From assembly GCF_037042905.1 (NCBI RefSeq), contig NC_087250.1, positions 23,872,001 through 23,936,000 of the forward strand: a stretch of 64,000 bases of DNA, written 5' to 3'. Shown in pieces: positions 39,190 through 52,350 of this stretch. A model generated the notes under the pieces. The model was not told where the DNA came from. It made no database searches and saw only the letters and a list, made by a program, of their open reading frames with translations. Numbering within the stretch: the first letter of the stretch is position 1; the number at the start of each line of letters is the position of its first letter. A program made the position numbers and the translations under genes. The DNA comes from Lytechinus pictus (lineage: Eukaryota).

Positions 39190-40830
39190 AATAGTGCGAG
39201 CGTGAGCTATTTTGTTTTTTGTTGTTGAAATTTTAGGTATTTTGTCCTAAATTTTGAACATCCTGGGCAATGTTTGTGATCCTGAACAAGATGTGTATAC
39301 TTATGCAACTATATAAATTATTACTGCTAGCGCGAAGCGCGAGCCGAAATTTTTATTATACGAATTTGATCTGATCGCCGAAAAGGGACCTGTTAAGAAC
39401 TGCTTGCAATTAGCCATGAAGACGATACATAATTTCAACAGTCAAATAATGTGGGCGCGAAGCGCGAGCTAGATTTTTTTGAGTTTTTGTAACTAATTAA
39501 AGAATTGGAAATTCTAAGCACTTTTTGTAATCATGTACAGGATAGGTATTTAACTAAACAATTGATGGGAGTGCGAAGCGCGAGCGGAAAAAAATCGAGA
39601 TTTAATTAGACCTGAAATGGGACACTGCATGGTATTCATGTTTTGTAAATTATGAAAAGGATGGGTAATTGTGGATCTTAATTCCCACGTTAATAATGCG
39701 AACACAAAGTGCGAGCAGAAAAATTTTGATATTCTGAATTGAAACTATTAAATGATTTAAATAGAGAACAAGTTGCGTATCTGAAAAAAACATGTGCCCG
39801 CGTGTTTCGGATTTAGACCTAGAATCAGGGCATTATGATTTTTTATCATGAAAATCAATAAAGCGAACGCGAAGTGCGAGCTAAGAATATTTGATATTCC
39901 CATCTGAAAAAAGGGTCAATTTAAGCTCTATATAGCTTTCGTATTTGTATTTTATTCATTCAATCACGGTTAAAAAGCCTGCTTTCAGCTTGAAGCTGCT
40001 TTTCAGCAAAGCCGTGGAGTTCAAGCACTTTGTATATACTATATAGGAGATCTGTGAGGTGGATATGGATCACACTTAATAAAGAGGTGATATTTTTTCA
40101 TTATTACTTTGAGTTTTTAGATTGGACCGGGACATTCTAAGGACATTTTGTCACCATATGAAAATGATGGCTATCTTCCTAAGCGCGAGATTAAACTTTT
40201 TCGATATATTATTCTAAAAAAGGGACAATTTAAATTATCAAATTAATATCTTATTTTATTAATCAATCTAATAAGCTATAATGAGAGCGCGAAATCTGTT
40301 AATATTATGGCCTGAAAACTGGATCTATTTTCAAGCACTTTTGCAATTATGTATGAATAGGATGCATAAGTTAATATAATTTTAACATTCATGCGAGCGC
40401 AAATCGCGAGCCGCCTGTTTGATACACTGACATTAAATTGGGGTTTTAAGTAGTTTGTTATATAATTAATATTGAGATATAAAAAAACTCACCAATCAAA
40501 ATGCGAGCATGCAGACCCGAATAGGGATATTTTGAGAACTTTATGGAATACACGAAAATAATAGGTACTTGACAAATCAATTTTTGCGAGCGCGCAGCGC
40601 GAGTAGAATATTTTGGTATCAGACCATAAAACGGACATTTTTACAGTGAGAGCACTTTTTAAAAATCAATTTGTAAATCAAACAAAATCAATAAAAGTTA
40701 AATTTCCAAGCTGAAATATATTCTGTATATTGACTTCAAAATTTGATATTTTAAGCTCCAGCATATCAGCCTCTTGAGCAAGATATGTAAATAACCTCAC
40801 TAGGCAATGCGAGCGCGAAGCGCGAGCGCA
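39190..40830 (+). repeat. Degenerate array of GCGAGCGCGAAGCGCGAGC motifs in AT-rich spacers
   Basis: Motif variants at ~39196, 39326, 39452, 39568, 39698, 39863, 40393, 40586, 40808, usually 100-200 bp apart. Confidence 0.8.
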
Positions 40831-41109
40831 AACGTCATAGTGACATGAAATATATATATATATTTTTAATTTTCCAAGTCTTCCCCTCATCTCATTTTAT
40901 TCACTCGTCGTCCTTTTATTTTTCCTTTTCTTTTTTTCCCTCTCTTTTCCCTTCTGCTTCTTTTTTTTCTTTCCCCTTTTCCCCTCTTTTCCTCTGCCAA
41001 TAGGGGGGGGGGGGCTCGCCCTCTTGGATTCGCCTATGAGCTTTGAATGGGAGTGAAACATTGAACGGGTCATGTGGCCCAGTGGCCTGGTTAGAGCATT
41101 AGACTCATA

Positions 41110-44100
41110 CCCAGGTAACAATACAGCGTTGGACCAACGTTGGATCAACGTTGGGAAATTTTTTCCCAACGTTGCCTCAACGTTGGCAGGCCAACGTTGC
41201 ATCATCGATAGAAGTGCACGCGCATACATCGTCAGACCAACAACATTTCCAACGTCAGTTCAACGTTGTCCAGCAACAATGTTTCAACGTTGTCTGGCAA
41301 CGTTGATCCAATGTTGGCTAAATAGTCAAATACAACATTGCTACAACGTTGGTAAGCAACGTTGCATCATCGATAGAAGTGCACGTCCATACATCGTCAG
41401 ACCAACAACATTTCCAACGTCAGTTCAACGTTGTCCACCATCAATGCTCCAACGTTGGTATAATGTCGGCTGAGTCATCAATAACAGCATTGCTGCAACG
41501 TTAATGGGCAACGTTGAAGCAGCGATGGACGTGCACTTGCATACATCGTCAGTCCAACTATGTTTACAACGTTGGTTCAACGCTGTCCAGCAACAATGCT
41601 CCAACGTTGTCTGGCAACATTGCTCCAACATCGTTACAACGTTGCTCCAACATTGCTCCAACGTATGGCAGTAATTAACAAAACATTAATTGGTTTCAAG
41701 GTGAAGTCCACCATTACAACTCTTCACTCTAATCTTTATCATCATGTCTTATCCTATCCTAAAATCCTACATCCTAATCCTATATCCTATTCCTATCATC
41801 CTACACCTATCCACTGTATCCTGTCATTGACTCCTATATATAGAGCAACTTTGCTATACTTGGCAGAATACAGTTAATATCATTTTCCACACTTAACCTT
41901 GAATATTTCACTTAGAATAATATGTTTTGATTATAAATGATATGGTAATGGAGCCACATACTTTTCTGAAACTTTTCATGGTGGAAATATTGAATAAACA
42001 TAAATACTCTAATTATTATAGCAATATTACCTAAAATTTTGGTCATTTACTGATGTAATGAATATTCATGAGTGCATAATCATTGTCCAGATGAGGCAGG
42101 TTTGGCAGCGTTGGTCCAATGTTGGTCCAACGTTGGGTGACGTTGATCCAACGTTGGTATAATGTTGGTCCAATGTTGATGGAAAGTTGATTCAACTTTA
42201 GTCCAATGTTAGCGTAAACGTTGATTCAATGTTTGTCTAATATCGGTTAAATGTTGTTGTAACGTTGATTCTTTGTTGGTCTAATTTTAAACAAATCCAA
42301 CGATGCACCATCTCCATCAAACAGTTTTCAACACTGTGCCATCATCATCTGTAACCTGTTCATGATTCTATCAAAAAACATTACAACTATTATTACAGCT
42401 ATTTATTTCTTTTCATTCTTTCTGTTACAAGTCTCTTCACATAATTAAGAGGAATCAAGAGAATTACGTGTGATATTTATTTATCACAAAAACTCACATG
42501 TGTAATTGCAGTCTCTCAGTATTTACAAAATCTAAAAGGGAGGTCGCGTAACTTGGCCTCACTCAGAGTAACGTAACTACTGCCTACTGTAACTAAAGAG
42601 TGCCTCTTTTTTATTAAGATAGAAGTCAACTGATATCTCAATATGCATGGCCATGGCCCAGTCTCGCTCGTGCCATAACTATTAAATGATATTTCAGCGT
42701 CAAGTGTAGCATGCCTCACATAGCAACTACAGGTTTGACTGCAGCTGGAAAACACTCGGTCCAGGCTAGGCCAGGCAGGACCGACCAGGTCAATTCAAGG
42801 CAGCGTATAATAAATAAGGCAGGAATGCCAGGTAGCAAGTCATTGGGTGATTTCAAGTACGGTGTACGGTGTTGAGAGCGTGAAAGGGCTGCTGAACTGA
42901 GCTCCAACACCAAGCGTAATATTATTTTTCATTGAAATGTATTAAAACTCTAATGATTTGCTCTCATCTTAAATGTAAAAGATAATTTTACGGAGATGGT
43001 TCGTCGTGTTCGCCCCCTGTTCGTGAGCTACAGTTCATCAACACCAACACTGAACTTTAAATCACGATTCTCCCAATCCCTGGGGGCCGGTGTTGCTGAA
43101 TGGGGAAATTGCTTGTAGATCATCAACACCATGCAGCCACAGTGCAGCGTTGGGTTCAGCAGATGACAATCAACACCAGCCTTCAACACAAACTGCCGGA
43201 AATACACCATATTTTCCAAGGTCAATCTCAACACCAGCCTGATTCAAGTACGGTGTTGTCACAACTCCAACACCAGATTTCAACACTGTACTTGAAATTA
43301 TTGAAATCACCCAATGACTGTTGCCTTGCCCTTGGTATCGCATACTCGTTCCCACTCACACGTATTGCGAGGTTAGTATTATATTAGTCACTCACACAAG
43401 CTAATTACGAGGTTAGTTAGTATGTTATACTGTGCAGTGACTGGTGTTAAGTACTACTTTACTACTACTTACACGAATATAGTAGCGTCGGACTGTACGT
43501 GCACAGAAGCTGACTCCGGGATCTTTCGGAGGGGATCAATGGTTGCAGTTACCGATTATCTGCAAGTGCAAAGAAAATTCCACTGTAGATTGTAGGTCCT
43601 AAATATGCAGCTTATAAGTACTGTTCCAGATCACTAGATATTCTGGAATTCAATTGTCTATATCCACTATCCAGTCCAAATTCTACCAGATTCTTCAAGT
43701 TCAAAATTGAAGGAAGCAGACTACACAGACATGACAGAAGGAGTCCGACGTCGAGACTAATTCTGCGCATCAGAATAGTATGGTATTTTTAAATAGGCAC
43801 ATTTGATGCTTGTATTTCCTTCTTCAATTTCTTCTAGTTATGTGACGGTAGGCCTATGAATTATCTCGTACTTACTGTGAAAGGCCGAGCCAGCTGCAAA
43901 GGACGAGGGCGTTTCTGGAAATTCTGGTCTTGAACTACATTTTTTTTTCTTGTTTTTCTCCTTTATTTTCTATTATAATATTAATCGACAAATTTGCATC
44001 CCCCGGTGCATGCAGCCTCTCTATTCTACCCCATCTTTATTTTTGTTTTCCCCTTAGACTTAGTTTTAGTTCCTCTTTCCCTTCCCATTATTTTCTTTCT

Positions 44101-45654
44101 CTCTCGATTTCTTTTCCCCTTATTGCTGGGGGATACCAAGGCCAGGGTGACATGGATAGACAAGCAAACTTACTTGATCGACCCCCCCCCCCCCTTGGCC
44201 CCATTAATAATTATGCGAGTAGTCGTCTGTATATCATTATCAATTCTCCAATGAACCAGTTTCTAACGTTCTCAACACTGTGTATATTATGCCGGGATAT
44301 TATGTTGATGTCAAACAAATATCCAACAAACTATAGTTTCCAACATTGTGTCAATGTTAACTGTCAACAACTCTCCAATAAACTATTCCAATTACGCTGT
44401 CCACGTTGTGCCATTGTCCGTTGTTCAACAACTCTCCGTCAAACTAGTTTCCACTCATTTGTCAACGTTGTGCCATTGTCGACTGTCCAACAAATCTCCA
44501 AGAAAATAGTTTCCAACGTTGTTCCTTTGTCGGTTGTTCAGCAACTCTCCATCGAACTAGTTTCCGACGTAGTCAACGCTGTGCCTTTGTTGGCTGTTCA
44601 ACACCTATCCAATCAAACACACGTTTCCAACGTTGTGACGTTGTTGGCTGTCCAGCAAATCTCCAACACACTAGTTTCCAATGTTGTGCCATTGTCTGTT
44701 GTTCAACAACTTTCCAACGTTGCCAACGTTGTGTCATCGTCGACTATCCTACTGATCTCCAATCTACCAGTTTCCAACGTTGTGCCAGTGTCAGTTGTTC
44801 AACAACCTCCCATCTAACTAGTTTCCAGTTTTATCAACGTTGTGTCATTGTATACTATCTAACTAATCTCCAATCTACCAGTTTCCAACGTTGTGCCATC
44901 GTCGACTATCCAACAAATCTCCATCGAACTAGTTTCTAGCTTTGACAACGTTGTGCCAAAGTTGGTTGTTCAACAACTTTCCATCGAACTAGTTTCCAAC
45001 GTTGCCAACCTTGTGTCATCGTCGACTATCCAACTAATCTCCAACCTACTAGTTTCCATCGTTGTGCAATTGTCGACTGTCCAACAACTCTCCAACTAAC
45101 AAGTTTCCAACGTTGCCAACGTCGTGTCATTGTTGATTGTTCAACAACTTTCCAGCGAACTAGTTTCCAACGTTGCCAACGTTGTGCCTTTGCTGGCTGT
45201 CAACAACTATCCAATCAAACGTGTCTCCAACGTTGTGACATTGTCGACTGTCCAACAACTCTCCAACTTACTAGTCTCCAACGTTGTGCCATTGTCGACC
45301 GTCCAACAAATCTCCAACAAACTAGTTTCCAACTTTGTCAACGTTGTGCCATTGTCGGTTGTTCAACAACTTTCCAGCGAACTAGTTTCCAACGTTGCCA
45401 ACGTTGTGCCTTTGCTGGCTGTTCAACAACTATCCAATCAAACGTGTTTCCAACGTTGTGACATTGTCGACTGTCCAACAACTCTCCAACTAACAAGTTT
45501 CCAACGTTGCCAACGTCGTGTCATTGTTGATTGTCCATCATCTTTCCATCAAACTAGTTTCCAACGTCGATTCAACGTTAATCCATCAAGTTTTTCCAAC
45601 GTCCAACGACTTTCAAGTTTCCAACGTGGAGCCAACGTTGGCTTGTTACCTGGG
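41110..45654. mobile_element. Element E: EnSpm/CMC-like element with CAACGTTG subterminal arrays, inserted into a tRNA-derived SINE
   Basis: TA|CCCAGGTAACA ... TGTTACCTGGG|TA; flanks rejoin into a SINE matching the intact copy at ~60805-60912. Confidence 0.88.
44260..45640. repeat. Right subterminal array of E
   Basis: Repeated CTAGTTTCCAACGTTGTGCCATTGTCG..TGT(T/C)CAACAAC units; gives spurious SNVV/QQLS ORFs. Confidence 0.9.
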
Positions 45655-47189
45655 TAATCACAAGGTTGTGAGTTAGATAGAATCCCCACTCTGCCATTGT
45701 CTCTAAAGGCCCGAGAGTAATATCTGCCTGTCGTAAGTTCAACCAGCACCATGACTGATAAATAGACGTAAAATGTTTCCTATGTAATTGGTTATACCAA
45801 TTTTGCGTTTACCCGAAAAACGCTGTCCCCACCGATCTTCCTATAACGGGAGTTATCGGAAACAGAAACTGTCATCCATAGCATTGTCTGTCTTAGAATG
45901 CACCCTCTGATTATGATTGATCTGAAATTGTAATTGATGAAGACGTACGTCGAAAATTTGAATAACTTGGAATAAACATTTAAATGATTATATATAGCAA
46001 TAAAAAAAAACCCACACAAAAAAAACACGAACTTTCGGAGTTGTTTGGTTGACTTCATCTCTCTATATTGAGTGGAGAGACAAAAGTTATTTCATTGTCT
46101 CATTAATTAATTATTAACACTTTACTATATCGATAGTGCCATATTATCAACACAATCCCTTGCAAGATTTTGGGGACTCTTCACTTTGTTAAAAAAATGT
46201 TCCTTGTCGATCAAAAAAGTCGACAATGGACGTGGAATGCAAAACTTCGATCGCTTATTGCGACTTCTTAAAAAAAGCGATCGAAATAAAGAAGTTTTTA
46301 TAACTCCATCAATAAACAATTGACAATGCCTTCTTTAAAATTGCGACTAATATATATATTAATGAGTGAAACAAAATTTAAATATTAAACAATTGATAAA
46401 CACGTTCCTTTCATATCAAGGGTACAAGGATTGGCACGCTTCCCTTGTATAGTTAATTTTTATGTCCAAACACGAACATTGGCTTGCATAGTCAGATTTT
46501 ACCGCCTCTCATCATTTTAACTGGCTAAATTTTAGACATATAATACCCATTATTTTTTGGTGGGAGAAGTAGCCTACGGCATCATTATGGGAGTGACGGT
46601 AGATATATTATGATTAACCTACCGCCCCCAGAAGCGTGGAAATTTTGTGTCTCCTCTATTTCAAAAGGAAAAAAAGATGAATTTTACCCCTAGTGCATAT
46701 ATACTTCGGCCTCATTCTACTGTTTTTACTTACTTGCTGGCAAAATGTCAATTTAGCGGAGCAGTGGTGTAACGAGCCAACATATTTGAGGGGGCTAGAG
46801 TAGACGATGTATATTTGGCCACTAGCTAATTTCTTAATAGCCCCCCCCCCCCGGCCCCCCCCCCCTCGGACCCCCTCTCGTCTGTAAAAACTGTGTAGCG
46901 GCAACTGTATCCAGAAATTTCTTGAAAACGACTGGTAATACACGACTACACCAAAAACATCGTAAAACAATAAGATTTCGCGTCATCTCGCCTAGCAAAC
47001 GTATGACTATGACTCACCAAGCATCAAAAGGTGACATTTATTTATATCATTGTGGCATTCCAGAGCATAAATCATTGGTAATATGTTTATAGTTTATTCT
47101 AATTGTTTAATTTCATGCTTTGAGCTAGTTACAGCAAACCAATTCGTGCATTTAACGACTAAAAGTGTTTACTTTACTTGTCTTAGTTG

Positions 47190-47480
47190 AACCCACTCGA
47201 TCGGAGTCGGACTCGGGTAGTCGGACTCTCAGTGGCGGCGCGGCGGCCAACAGCTAACGTTAAACCCGTTGATGACGCTGGGCCGACCCCGCCCCGTCCG
47301 TCCGATTATAACTTGGTTACACTTAACGTTACAGGTTAGGTACGTATAGTCACGTATTGTATTACCGGACACTATTATGATTCCGGACGCGCATATTATT
47401 ATTACTGCGTTCGAAAACATTTTCGTACCGTAAGACTTCCGCAATTCAATTTCACAGAGCAATACATAGAAGTTTAGAAC
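47190..47480 (+). promoter_or_regulatory. CpG-rich patch, candidate KIF27 promoter / non-coding first exon
   Basis: CpG-dense, GC-box-like CCCCGCCCC, candidate donor CAG|GTTAGG near 47335; the ATG exon starts at an acceptor (49720). Confidence 0.45.
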
Positions 47481-49763
47481 AGGATTGAAAAAACAAGGCG
47501 AAAAAATTCATCTTTCACCTTATTTATCTCTAAAATGACAGAAAATGCTTAAAATATCAAATAACATAGTTTTGCATTAACAATTGATATATTTTTTAAC
47601 GGAAATATGGGTCTGATCTGCCGAATTTCAATCTCGTCCGCTCCTTCGATCGAATGATGAGGTGTGGTGTATTGTGGGTGATCGTCGACGGCTAGTTCTC
47701 AAGGTACCCGTGCGCGAGGTTTACCGTGAGTATAGAGCCGTCGACGATCGGCAGCGCATCGATAGAACTTGATGAGTGTCACGATACGAACGAGCATAAT
47801 ATTGGAAAGTTCCATGAAACATGCAGCTAACAAGAAAAAATAAAGTAAGTTATCAAACACGAATTTATTACCAACATCTGCTCAGAATCGATATAAAAAC
47901 AGCAAACAAAAACTTAGAATTTACTCATGATATGATATAAGAAGAAAAAATCACACAAATTTGTTCTTAAATCATTATAATCAAGAATATCTTTACCCGT
48001 CCGGCGCGCGTCCGGAATCATAATGTAATTTGCCACGCACAAAAATAACTGTTTTTCGTGGAGGGGTATGCGGCAAGTGCGATGCAAAGAAAATGGTTGG
48101 TAAATATAAAATAATTTTACCATATTCATAATTTTCATAATATTTGGAATAGCAAGTGCGAATTTTTCTTGATTGTATTTCCTCTAGTTGTCATTTTTAA
48201 AGCACTGAAATAAAGGTGTCCGGCAATAGGATACACTGCCATACGGTACCGGGCCGGGCCGTTAGCCCTCCGCCTCCGGAACTGAGCTGGCCTGGACCAC
48301 TCCTAGTACCAATGAGGTCCAAACATTAGCATGTATGGACCTGGTGGTAGCTGGTCGCGAGGTTCAACAAGAGTCAAGAAAAATAATCATCTGTCATGTC
48401 TGTGCACTGATAAAAAGATTCAGTGGTTACAAACTGAGCTGGCAGCTACCATTTTTTTATTTAATTGAATGGATGCTTTTGATTTTGAAGCACGCCGTCT
48501 CGAGACTCGACGTCTCACTCTCAGTCATTTTGAGTCAAGACTCTGTCTCTATCTCTGTATTCAGCTCCAAATTATGTCTCTTTGACTTTAGGTTGGCCGG
48601 ATCATGTCCTGGTGGGTCAGCGTTAGCATTGAGGACTCCTTCCTTGATGATATTTAGAAATATTTTTACATAGGCCTAGGCCTATACTTAATTTTACTTT
48701 TTCATCCCGGAGCCTTGAAATGCTTGCCATATGCAAACATAACATGACAATTGGCATAAATAATCGAGACTTTTCAACAAGGTCAAGGATGGATTTCCCT
48801 AGGAAATTCATATTTAGAGGGTGAAATTGGTTTGTTTCTCTTGATTGTATTTATCTATGAACCTTCATACGCATTAGGGTTTATTGGGGGGTTAAAAATA
48901 TGTTAGTATAAATAGAAAAAACGAGAGGTTGCTTACCAGACCGATCTCATGTAGATCCCTCAATCCATTTGTAAACACTGCAAATTATACAATAGGCTTG
49001 ACCCTTGAACTGCTTCGTTATGACGTAGCTTCGATAAGCGGTTTTACAAAATGCCGTTTTGAATAACAATTTATAGATAAAGATTATTATTTAACAAATA
49101 ATAAAAATTGAAACTTGATTATAAATAATTATTTAGTTGGATAAATATCTCGTTTTGGAGATCACAAACATTGCCCAGATTTTGGCCAGAATGTTGAAAT
49201 TTTAGGACAAAATGCATGAAATAAAAAGATAGTTGTGCTTTGCGCTCACATTATTTAATTAAGTCTCAGATTATTATATATTCATGTTGATTTATAAGAA
49301 TAAAGCTTAAAAGTGACTATTAGGACTACCCTTTCAAAGAAACAAACAAAAATCAAGCGGCCGATCAGGGAAAATGTAGCTGAAAAAACTTCCGGGCCCC
49401 CCTATTGGCGAAGGCTGGATCCGCCCCTGCAATGTAATAAGATTTGCATTCAAATAAGTTCCCTCGCCTGAGTTAGCTACAGGCCTCCCTCCACAACTAA
49501 TTTGTAAGAGGCTGGCAACCTAATTTAGTCAAACTTGTACAAATGCAAGAGTGCTTTTTGACTAACAACCATTTGTGTCTAATTGTTTAAGTTTGACCTT
49601 GTAATTTATGTTTCTAATAAATTCTTGTTTGAACCTTGAGTTGTGTATAAATAAGATGTTAAGTGTGCTTGATTGTTATTATTATCAATATTAATATCAA
49701 TAAATTAATATTATTTTCAGGTGTGGGTGATCTATTCATAGATATGACTAAGGATTGAGGAAA

Positions 49764-49796
49764 ATGCAGGAGTGTCCAGTTAAAGTAGCAGTCAGG
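49764..49796 (+). CDS. KIF27: Kinesin KIF27/KIF7-like, coding exon 1
   Basis: MQECPVKVAVR|gtaagt, similar to the KIF27 N-terminus. Confidence 0.85.
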
Positions 49797-49833
49797 GTAA
49801 GTACTACGGACCGTCCCACAAAAAGGAAGCCGG

Positions 49834-50144
49834 GGGCCGATTGCACGAAAGGGTCTTTCCAAGGACCGTCTTTCGTGTCGCCCATCTTTTATGATACGCC
49901 ATGTGAAACGCATTTCAAATAAATTATCTGCAAATATATTTTATTTGTCCGTTAAAATAAACAAAATATTTGTTTATAAAATGATATGATATCTCATGAA
50001 ATTGTATAAAATTTGATTTAAAAGCAAGCTTACGAATTTTATTTGTTTATCATAAATTTCAGAAACACCCCGCTTATAGCGCATCATAAAAGATGGGCGA
50101 CACGAAAGACGGTCCTTGGAAAGACCCTTTCGTGCAATCGGCCC
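49834..50144. mobile_element. Harbinger-like MITE with ~60-bp TIRs
   Basis: GGGCCGATTGCACGAAAGGGTCTTTCCAAGGACCGTCTTTCGTGTCGCCCATCTTTTATGAT and its reverse complement; CGG on both flanks. Confidence 0.85.
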
Positions 50145-50484
50145 CGGGATTCCAAGTTATTTTTGTCTACAGGGCCAAATGATTTATGGTCTTTCATTTA
50201 CATAATCATGAAATTACATACAAATTGAAGCATTTCTTCTATATTTTAATACCAAATGTGATATGAATAGGGTGAGCTTAAAGTTCATGGGGGGGGGGGG
50301 CGCTCACATATAATGGTGGTACATGTATGGGGACGTGCCACTTTGATGACCCCCTTTTTCAGACCTTATTTTCAGTTCTCTAGATACCCGAATCAATGAC
50401 AAAATTTCCATTCAGAAGCCGCCCCGCACGCAAGACCCCCGTTATGAAACGTCTCAGTTCCTTTGCCCTCCCAAAATTGTCCAG

Positions 50485-50655
50485 CATCATCATCAATCAT
50501 CACCATCATCAATCATCATCACCACCATCATCATCATCATCGTCATCATCAATCATCAATCAACATCATCGTCATCATCAATCAACATCAATCATCATCA
50601 TCGTCATCATCATCATCAATCATCAACCATCATCATCACCATCATCATCAGTCAT
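50485..50655 (+). repeat. (CAT)n microsatellite
   Basis: Imperfect CAT/CAAT repeats. Confidence 0.9.
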
Positions 50656-50708
50656 CTTGTCTTTATTATCATAATCTTTTACTTTGTATTTTTGTAAAAT
50701 GCGTTTAG

Positions 50709-50846
50709 GTTCGCCCTCTGCTAGCCCAAGAGCGTCTTCATCACCATGAGTTATGTGTGAAGGTCAACTCCAAGGCTAATCAGATAGTGGTTGGCAAGGA
50801 CAGGGCTTTCACCTTTGATCATGTGATGTCATCAAAGACTTCTCAG
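50709..50846 (+). CDS. KIF27: KIF27 coding exon 2
   Basis: VRPLLAQERLHHHELCVKV...GKDRAFTFDHV; AG/GT, phase 0. Confidence 0.92.
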
Positions 50847-50863
50847 GTACGATGATCGGTTTC

Positions 50864-51058
50864 ATGACATTTCCTCTGGCGACAATTGCTCCGCTCAAAA
50901 TTCAAAACACTCATCAAATGACCAACTTCAACCCTGGGTTTAAAACCATACCCTACCCTAAACCTAACATAAACTCCTAATGCAATTCTTACCCTAAACC
51001 TACATCTTAGATGAAATTAAGCCCGCAGCAATTGTCGCAGGAACAAATGTCCTGTCAC
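50864..51058. mobile_element. Short element with subterminal IRs and CCTAACC repeats (second copy 58371-58560)
   Basis: GACATTT(G/C)CTC..GCGACAATTGCT ... AGCAAT(T/C)GTCGCAGGA.CAAATGT; two copies in window. Confidence 0.7.
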
Positions 51059-52263
51059 ATTGGTTCTATTTCAGTTCAGTTCAATTCATTTATTTCCATT
51101 TCAAAATCACAGGATAAACAACATTTTATAAAGTCTGTCACATAAACATACCTGTATATATACACGTGTTTCCCATTATAAAGGAAATACAGAAGTTAAA
51201 CCCCAAAGTTGAGTTTGTCAAGATATCTTCCCCTAAATCAATTCAACAAACATTTAATTGAAATAGTTAAGGAATTTGAAAATTCTTTACAATAAGTCAT
51301 TTTGAAAGTTGCTGTAGAGCAACTTTTCACAGATAATGACATTTCCTTTGCTCAAAATGGATAGTACTCTATTAAACATTATTTTTAAAAAGAAGATGTT
51401 TGAGTTAAGTTTGATAGACGTGTATGAATCAGGTAAGAATTATTTACATCCAGGACCGACCTTTTACATCACCATCCGAAAGACATGACCAGGGCTCAAA
51501 CCTCAAACGTCTGCATCAATTTGTAACTTCCCCAATGTAGCTTGAATTACAGGCGCACGCCACAACACCCAGTTTGCCTGGTATAGCAATAAAGAGTCAA
51601 ACTCGATATTTTTCTTTTATAGTTCCCTTTATTGAAACACTAAATCATTATTTATTTATTAAAACATCTTTCAACAGGATAAAACATTAATCAGCTCGCA
51701 GGCTGTTTGACATAATGGTCCTGCATAAAGAGAGAAATACATACATTAAAAGGAAAGATTACAAATAATTATGAATAATTATATACAGCAAAACTAAAAT
51801 TCAAATAATGCTAAAAGTGAAACATCAGAAAGAAAAAACAACAAACAGTGAGATTTGTCTTATAGTAAGATAAAGAAGTGAAGGAAAAAGAAAGAGGTTT
51901 TATACATCGATATGAAATCATGTTAAAACAGAAATAGGCCTCAATATAAAGAATAAATAAAGAACAAATAAAGAATATTAATACTGATAAGCAGTGCCAT
52001 AATTATGATAATTGATAAAAATTAGATGTGTATTCGTGGGTAATCATGCTAAAAATGACAATACTATAAGTATATACGAACGAAAATAGAAAAGTAAAAA
52101 AAAATTCTTATTGATCCATGTAAGAAGTAATTCAAGCTTCTTTTAAAATATCACTCTTTATCTTACGTAAACTGCATTTGCATATCTCCTTGAATTATTA
52201 CATTGTAGTTTGTACTTATTTTACACAAATAATAAAATGTTTTTGTTTATTTCTGCTTTATAG

Positions 52264-52350
52264 GAATTAATCTATCAAACCTGTGTCGACAACCTCATCT
52301 CCAGTTTCTTTGAGGGCTACAATGCAACAGTATTTGCATATGGCCAAACG
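52264..52350 (+). CDS. KIF27: KIF27 coding exon 3
   Basis: [29 protein letters not shown] (first half of P-loop). Confidence 0.95.

Noticed and set aside
43930..45657. Long ORFs (295 aa, 177 aa) with SNVV/QQLS repeats
   Set aside because: Translation of E's subterminal CAACGTTG array; no splice or domain evidence.
50396..50708. Poly-His/Ser ORFs
   Set aside because: (CAT)n microsatellite in a KIF27 intron.
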